Shown here: piece by piece, positions 26,431 to 32,000 of the stretch
Numbering within the stretch: position 1 is the first letter of the stretch
How the letters are laid out: each line of letters starts with the position of its first letter
Assembly: GCF_001457615.1 (NCBI RefSeq)
Contig: NZ_LN831024.1
Location: 2,250,001 to 2,282,000, forward strand
From: Pseudomonas aeruginosa
Lineage (GTDB): Bacteria; Pseudomonadota; Gammaproteobacteria; Pseudomonadales; Pseudomonadaceae
Length of the DNA: 32,000 nt
Reading direction: 5' to 3'
Position numbers and translations under genes: made by a program
The notes under the pieces: generated by a model
What the model was told of the DNA's origin: nothing
Database searches by the model: none
What the model saw: the letters and a program-made list of their open reading frames with translations, nothing else

Positions 26431-27860
26431 ATGACGCGTCTGTTGCTGCTTTCGCTTTGCCTGCTGGTGCTCGCACCCTTGCCGGCGGCTGCGCGCATCA
26501 CCGGCCAGCCGGACAACTGGCACAGGGAACAGCCGGAGACCCGCGACCTGGCGAGCATCCGCCGCGCTGGCGTGCTCAAGGTGCTGGTCAACCAGAGCCG
26601 CAACAGCTCGGGCGAGGTGAAGGGCGAGCCGATCGGCGTCGAGTACCGTCGCCTGCGCGCCTTCGAGCAATACCTCAACAGCCGTTCGCCGTCCGCGCGG
26701 AACCTCACCCTCAAGCTCATACCCAAGCCCAAGGACCAGTTGCTTGCCGCCCTGCAGCGTGGCGAAGGCGACCTGGTCGCCCCCGGCGAACTGCTGCCGG
26801 CGCACGACGGCCTGCAGGTCAGCCCGAGCGCGCCGGTGCGCGCCGATGTGCCGCTGGTGCTGGTGGCGCGCAAGGGCAACCGGCGCTACACGCGCCTGGA
26901 GCAGTTGTCCGGGCGGACCATCCCGCTGCCGGCCGGCAGCGCCGCCGAGAGCGCCATCGAACTGGTCAACCAGCGCCTGGCGCAACGCCGCATGGCACCG
27001 ATCCGGATCGAAAAGCTGGACGCTTCCCTGGCCGTCGAGGATGTGATGGAAATGGTCCAGGCAGGCATCCTCGGCTTCACCGTGGTCGAGCAGCCCATCG
27101 CCGAACGCTGGGCCAAGGTGCTGCCGAAGCTGCGCGTCGACCGCCACCTGGTGCTGGACAATCGCGCCGACATGGCCTGGTACGTGCGCCGCGATGCCAG
27201 CACCCTGCGCGCGACCATCGACCGCTTCCTCGCCGACTACCGCGCGCCGGCCGACCAGGACGTGGCTTTCCAGCGCGTCTACCGGCGCGCCTACAAGGTC
27301 CGCAACCCCCTCGGCGCGGCGGACCGCAAGCGCCTGGAAGCGGTCCGTCCACTGCTGCAGCGCTACGCGCGGCAGAGCAGCATGGACTGGCTGGCGCTGG
27401 CGGCGGTGGCCTACAAGGAGTCGCATCTGAACCCGAAGGCGCGCGGTTCCGGCGGCGCCAGCGGGCTGATGCAGATCACCCCGGCGGCGGCGCGCAGCGT
27501 CGGGGTCGGCAACGTGCACGACAAGGACAGCAACGTGCTGGCCGCCAGTCGCTACCTGACCAAGATCCGCAAGCAATTCTTCTCCAGCAAGCACCTCGAC
27601 GAACGCGAGCGCCTGGCGTTCACCCTGGCGGCCTACAACATGGGCCCGGAGCGGGTACAGAACCTGCGCACCCAGGCGCGTCGCCGGGGCTCGATCCGAA
27701 TCGCTGGTTCTTCCAGGTCGAGCGGGTGGCTGCGGAAGAGATAGGCATGGGTGTGGTGAGTTATGTCAGCAGCGTCAACAAGTACTACCTTGCATATGAG
27801 CGCGAACGGGTTCGCCTGGAGCCCGGGGTGCGTGCGAAGACGGCGACGGCTCAAAAATAA
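26431..27860 (+). pseudogene. MltF-like membrane-bound lytic murein transglycosylase, apparently frameshifted near 27686-27690 (ORF 26431..27744 as read; C-terminus continues in another frame to 27860)
   Basis: SBP-like domain, then LAAVAYKESHLNPKARGSGGASGLMQITPAAARSVGV...LAFTLAAYNMGPERVQNLRTQARRRG; the expected continuation LDPNRWFFQVERVAAEEIGMGVVSYVSSVNKYYLAYERERVRLEPG lies in the shifted frame. Family call is strong, pseudogene status is uncertain (possible sequencing error). Confidence 0.8.
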
Positions 27861-27958
27861 TCTATAAATTCGATATTGATAACGCGTTTTTTACGGTTTT
27901 AATATCGAATTATCTTGCCTATAGTGTGCCCATCTTATCCCACACCTGAGGACGCACC

Positions 27959-28393
27959 ATGAATCCACTGATCAAGACCATCCTGTCGACCAACGCCGGT
28001 GCCGGCCTGGCCATCCTGCGTATCGTCACCGGTCTTACCCTGATGTCCCACGGTTCGCAAAAGCTCTTCGGCATGTTCGGCGGCGCCGGCCTGAACGGCA
28101 TGGCGCAGTGGTTCGAATCCATCGGCCTGACCCCTGGCTACCTGCTGGCGACCCTGGCCGGCAGCGCCGAGTTCTTCGGCGGCCTGGCGCTGGTGATCGG
28201 CCTGCTGGTGCGTCCGGCGTCGGTGGTGGTGGGCTTCACCATGATCGTGGCGATCTTCAGCGTGCACATCGGCAATGGCTTCTTCATCACCGACAACGGC
28301 TATGAATATGCCCTGACCCTGCTGATGATCAGCGTGGCGCTGCTGATCGATGGCGCCGGCAAGTTCTCGCTGGACGGCAAGCTGTCCCGCTGA
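27959..28393 (+). CDS. DoxX family membrane protein
   Basis: 144 aa, MNPLIKTILSTNAGAGLAILRIVTGLTLMSHGSQKLFGMFGGAGLNGMAQWFESIGLTPG... Confidence 0.9.
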   Translation: MNPLIKTILSTNAGAGLAILRIVTGLTLMSHGSQKLFGMFGGAGLNGMAQWFESIGLTPGYLLATLAGSAEFFGGLALVIGLLVRPASVVVGFTMIVAIFSVHIGNGFFITDNGYEYALTLLMISVALLIDGAGKFSLDGKLSR

Positions 28394-28407
28394 ACCGGGC
28401 TGGCGAC

Positions 28408-28446
28408 GAAAAAGGGCGGACACCTTCGGGTGGCCGCCCTTTTTCG
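28408..28446. terminator. Intrinsic (possibly bidirectional) terminator downstream of the DoxX-like gene
   Basis: GAAAAAGGGCGGaCACC-TTCG-GGTGgCCGCCCTTTTTCG; GC stem with UUCG loop flanked by A-run and T-run. Confidence 0.93.
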
Positions 28447-28559
28447 TTGCGGCGCGCAGCACAGGTTTCCGCCTCGCCGGCCACGCCAGGGCTGCACCCC
28501 TGAGGGTAGCGTTATCCGCCGAAGCGCCCTTCGCCGCGTTCTCGGCGTTTCCGTGCCGG

Positions 28560-30578
<2,019 letters not shown>

Positions 30579-30657
30579 TCAGGTTGATGGGGCCGAGGGG
30601 CGCGTCCTGCCAGCCATCGCCCGAATCCTTCCGGGAGAACCGCTTCGCTGTCCCTTG

Positions 30658-30673
30658 CGCAGGAACCGTGCCA
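30658..30673 (-). promoter_or_regulatory. Sigma-54 -24/-12 promoter upstream of lipA
   Basis: Minus strand TGGCACG-GTTC-CTGCG with exact GG-N10-GC spacing, about 92 nt upstream of the lipA start. Confidence 0.8.
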
Positions 30674-30761
30674 GCTTCGGCTTTTTTCCTCCAGGCCAGG
30701 AAATCCGCGGCTTCCTGGCGGCCGGTCATAACCTGCGTGGCAGAGCGGAAGAGGCGGGTTG

Positions 30762-31310
30762 TTACGGCGCGAAACGCTCGTTTGAATCTTCCCCGCACAA
30801 CGCCCAGCGACCGAGTGTGCGGTAGCGCACGCCCGCGGCGTCGTTTTGCGAGCAAAACAGGCTGAAATGGTCGACCTGCCATACGAAGGTTGGGGGTGGC
30901 GGGGCGTCCTCCAGCGGCGCGGCATCGCGAGCCAGGGTCAGATGGGCGCTGAATGAGCGGGTTTCCACGGGCAGCTCCAGTTCGGCAAGGCCGGAGCGCA
31001 GGGCGCGGCGCAGGCGCAGGAGGGCGCCGGGCGGTTGGCTGGGGGCCAGCAGCAGGATGCCGTTTCTCCAGCGCAGCAGGCGGTCGAGATACAGGTCGAA
31101 GGGCGCGGCCTCGATGGCCGCGGCCATGTCCAGCAGGGCCTCGAGCCGAGCGGACGGGACCTGCCCGAGGAAGGCCAGGGTCAGGTGCAGGTTCGCCGTC
31201 GCCACCTGGCGTCCGGGCAGTGGCCGGTCATCGCGCCACCGGCCGATCCGCTCGGCGAGGGGAGGTGGGCAGGGCAGGGCGAAGAACAGGCGAAGAAAGC
31301 GATCGGGCAT
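30762..31310 (-). CDS. thpR: RNA 2',3'-cyclic phosphodiesterase (LigT/ThpR, 2'-5' RNA ligase family)
   Basis: MPDRFLRLFFALPCPPPLAERIG...ANLHLTLAFLGQV...SFSAHLTLARD; two HxTx motifs. Track ORF starts further upstream at 31343. Confidence 0.9.
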   Translation of the reverse strand: MPDRFLRLFFALPCPPPLAERIGRWRDDRPLPGRQVATANLHLTLAFLGQVPSARLEALLDMAAAIEAAPFDLYLDRLLRWRNGILLLAPSQPPGALLRLRRALRSGLAELELPVETRSFSAHLTLARDAAPLEDAPPPPTFVWQVDHFSLFCSQNDAAGVRYRTLGRWALCGEDSNERFAP

Positions 31311-31486
31311 GGGCGCCTCCGCGTGTTTCTTGACAGTCTCCATGCGGCTTTTCTAGGATGCGCGTGCGCCGATTTAAACAGCAACTTGCGGGGCGCCCGG
31401 CAGCAGCCGAAATACCGCTAAAGCGCTGGCTCGGTGTTGCCTCTCACCGCTGTCCAGCGGGACCGAAGAGGCGGAGACATGACGTC

Positions 31487-31804
31487 ATGACCTGTCCCAG
31501 CACGCAATTGCGCCTGGCACCCATCACCACCGGCCTGGTCCGGCGGAACCCGAGGATTCTCCTCAGCGGCCCGCACCAGCCGACCCTCGTCCGTTACCTC
31601 GAAGGCTGGCCGAAGCGCTGGAACGGTTCGCGTACCTTCCTTATCCAGTTCGCCCAGGACGGCAAGGACCTGGCGCGCTTCCCCAGCGACGCGTTCGACT
31701 TCGCCGTGGTCCAGGCCCCCGAGGCGGAAGACCTGGACCTGGTGGTCCGGCAACTGATCCGGGTCGCCCGCCAGGGCCTGATCACCCGCCGCATCCTGCG
31801 CTGA
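31487..31804 (+). CDS. Conserved hypothetical protein, about 105 aa
   Basis: MTCPSTQLRLAPITTGLVRRNPRILLSGPHQPTLVRYLEGWPKRWNGSRTFLIQFAQDGKDLARFPSDAFDFAVVQAPEAEDLDLVVRQLIRVARQGLITRRILR; coding-like composition, no family recognised. Confidence 0.7.
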   Translation: MTCPSTQLRLAPITTGLVRRNPRILLSGPHQPTLVRYLEGWPKRWNGSRTFLIQFAQDGKDLARFPSDAFDFAVVQAPEAEDLDLVVRQLIRVARQGLITRRILR

Positions 31805-31816
31805 GCGCGTGGCCTC

Positions 31817-32000
31817 TCAGGGCGCCGGCGGATACTCGATCTCGACGACGAACCAGAGCTTTTCCCCGGCCGGGGTGCGCACCAGCACCTCGGCGTCCAG
31901 CTCCTTGCCGACCAGTGCGCGGGCGAGCGGCGAGTCGATGCTGATCTGGTTGTTGCGCAGGTCCAGTTCGTCGGGGCCGACGATGCGATAGCGGGCCTGC
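31817..32000 (-). CDS. GreA/GreB-family C-terminal domain protein, cut by the right window edge
   Basis: Minus-strand reading: QARYRIVGPDELDLRNNQISIDSPLARALVGKELDAEVLVRTPAGEKLWFVVEIEYPPAP-stop. Confidence 0.85.
   Translation of the reverse strand, partial: QARYRIVGPDELDLRNNQISIDSPLARALVGKELDAEVLVRTPAGEKLWFVVEIEYPPAP

Overview
This is ordinary, GC-rich chromosomal DNA that I attribute to Pseudomonas aeruginosa from protein families and gene order; I could not run a search. I see no mobile element, CRISPR array, tRNA or rRNA, and no convincing undescribed multi-gene system. Contents, left to right: the acyclic-terpene (citronellol/geraniol) utilisation operon atuA-F on the minus strand (atuF cut by the window edge) with divergent atuR; a CPBP-family membrane protease; a CBS-domain histidine kinase with a tandem-receiver partner; a PACE-type efflux protein with a divergent LysR regulator; a DUF924 protein and a second LysR; pyrF; a translationally coupled moxR-DUF58-tgpA-CHAD operon; a thioesterase-like protein; a periplasmic SUOX-fold protein with a GGDEF diguanylate cyclase; a DUF962/Mpo1-like protein; a chemoreceptor; tatD; an MltF-like lytic transglycosylase; a DoxX-like protein; the lipase operon lipA-lipH; a 2'-5' RNA ligase/thpR-like gene; a small hypothetical gene; and a GreA/GreB-like gene cut by the right edge. 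The most noteworthy observations are (1) two apparent single-base frameshifts with the same signature (expected CCGGGGGC, present CCGGGGC), one in the lytic transglycosylase and one in the lipase foldase lipH; (2) paired, oppositely oriented AtuR-type operators; (3) a perfect 10-2-10 GC hairpin in the lipA-lipH gap and a canonical sigma-54 promoter upstream of lipA; (4) several perfect inverted repeats at gene starts; (5) the altered His/Arg active-site motif of the AtuB SDR; and (6) the SUOX-fold/GGDEF gene pair.
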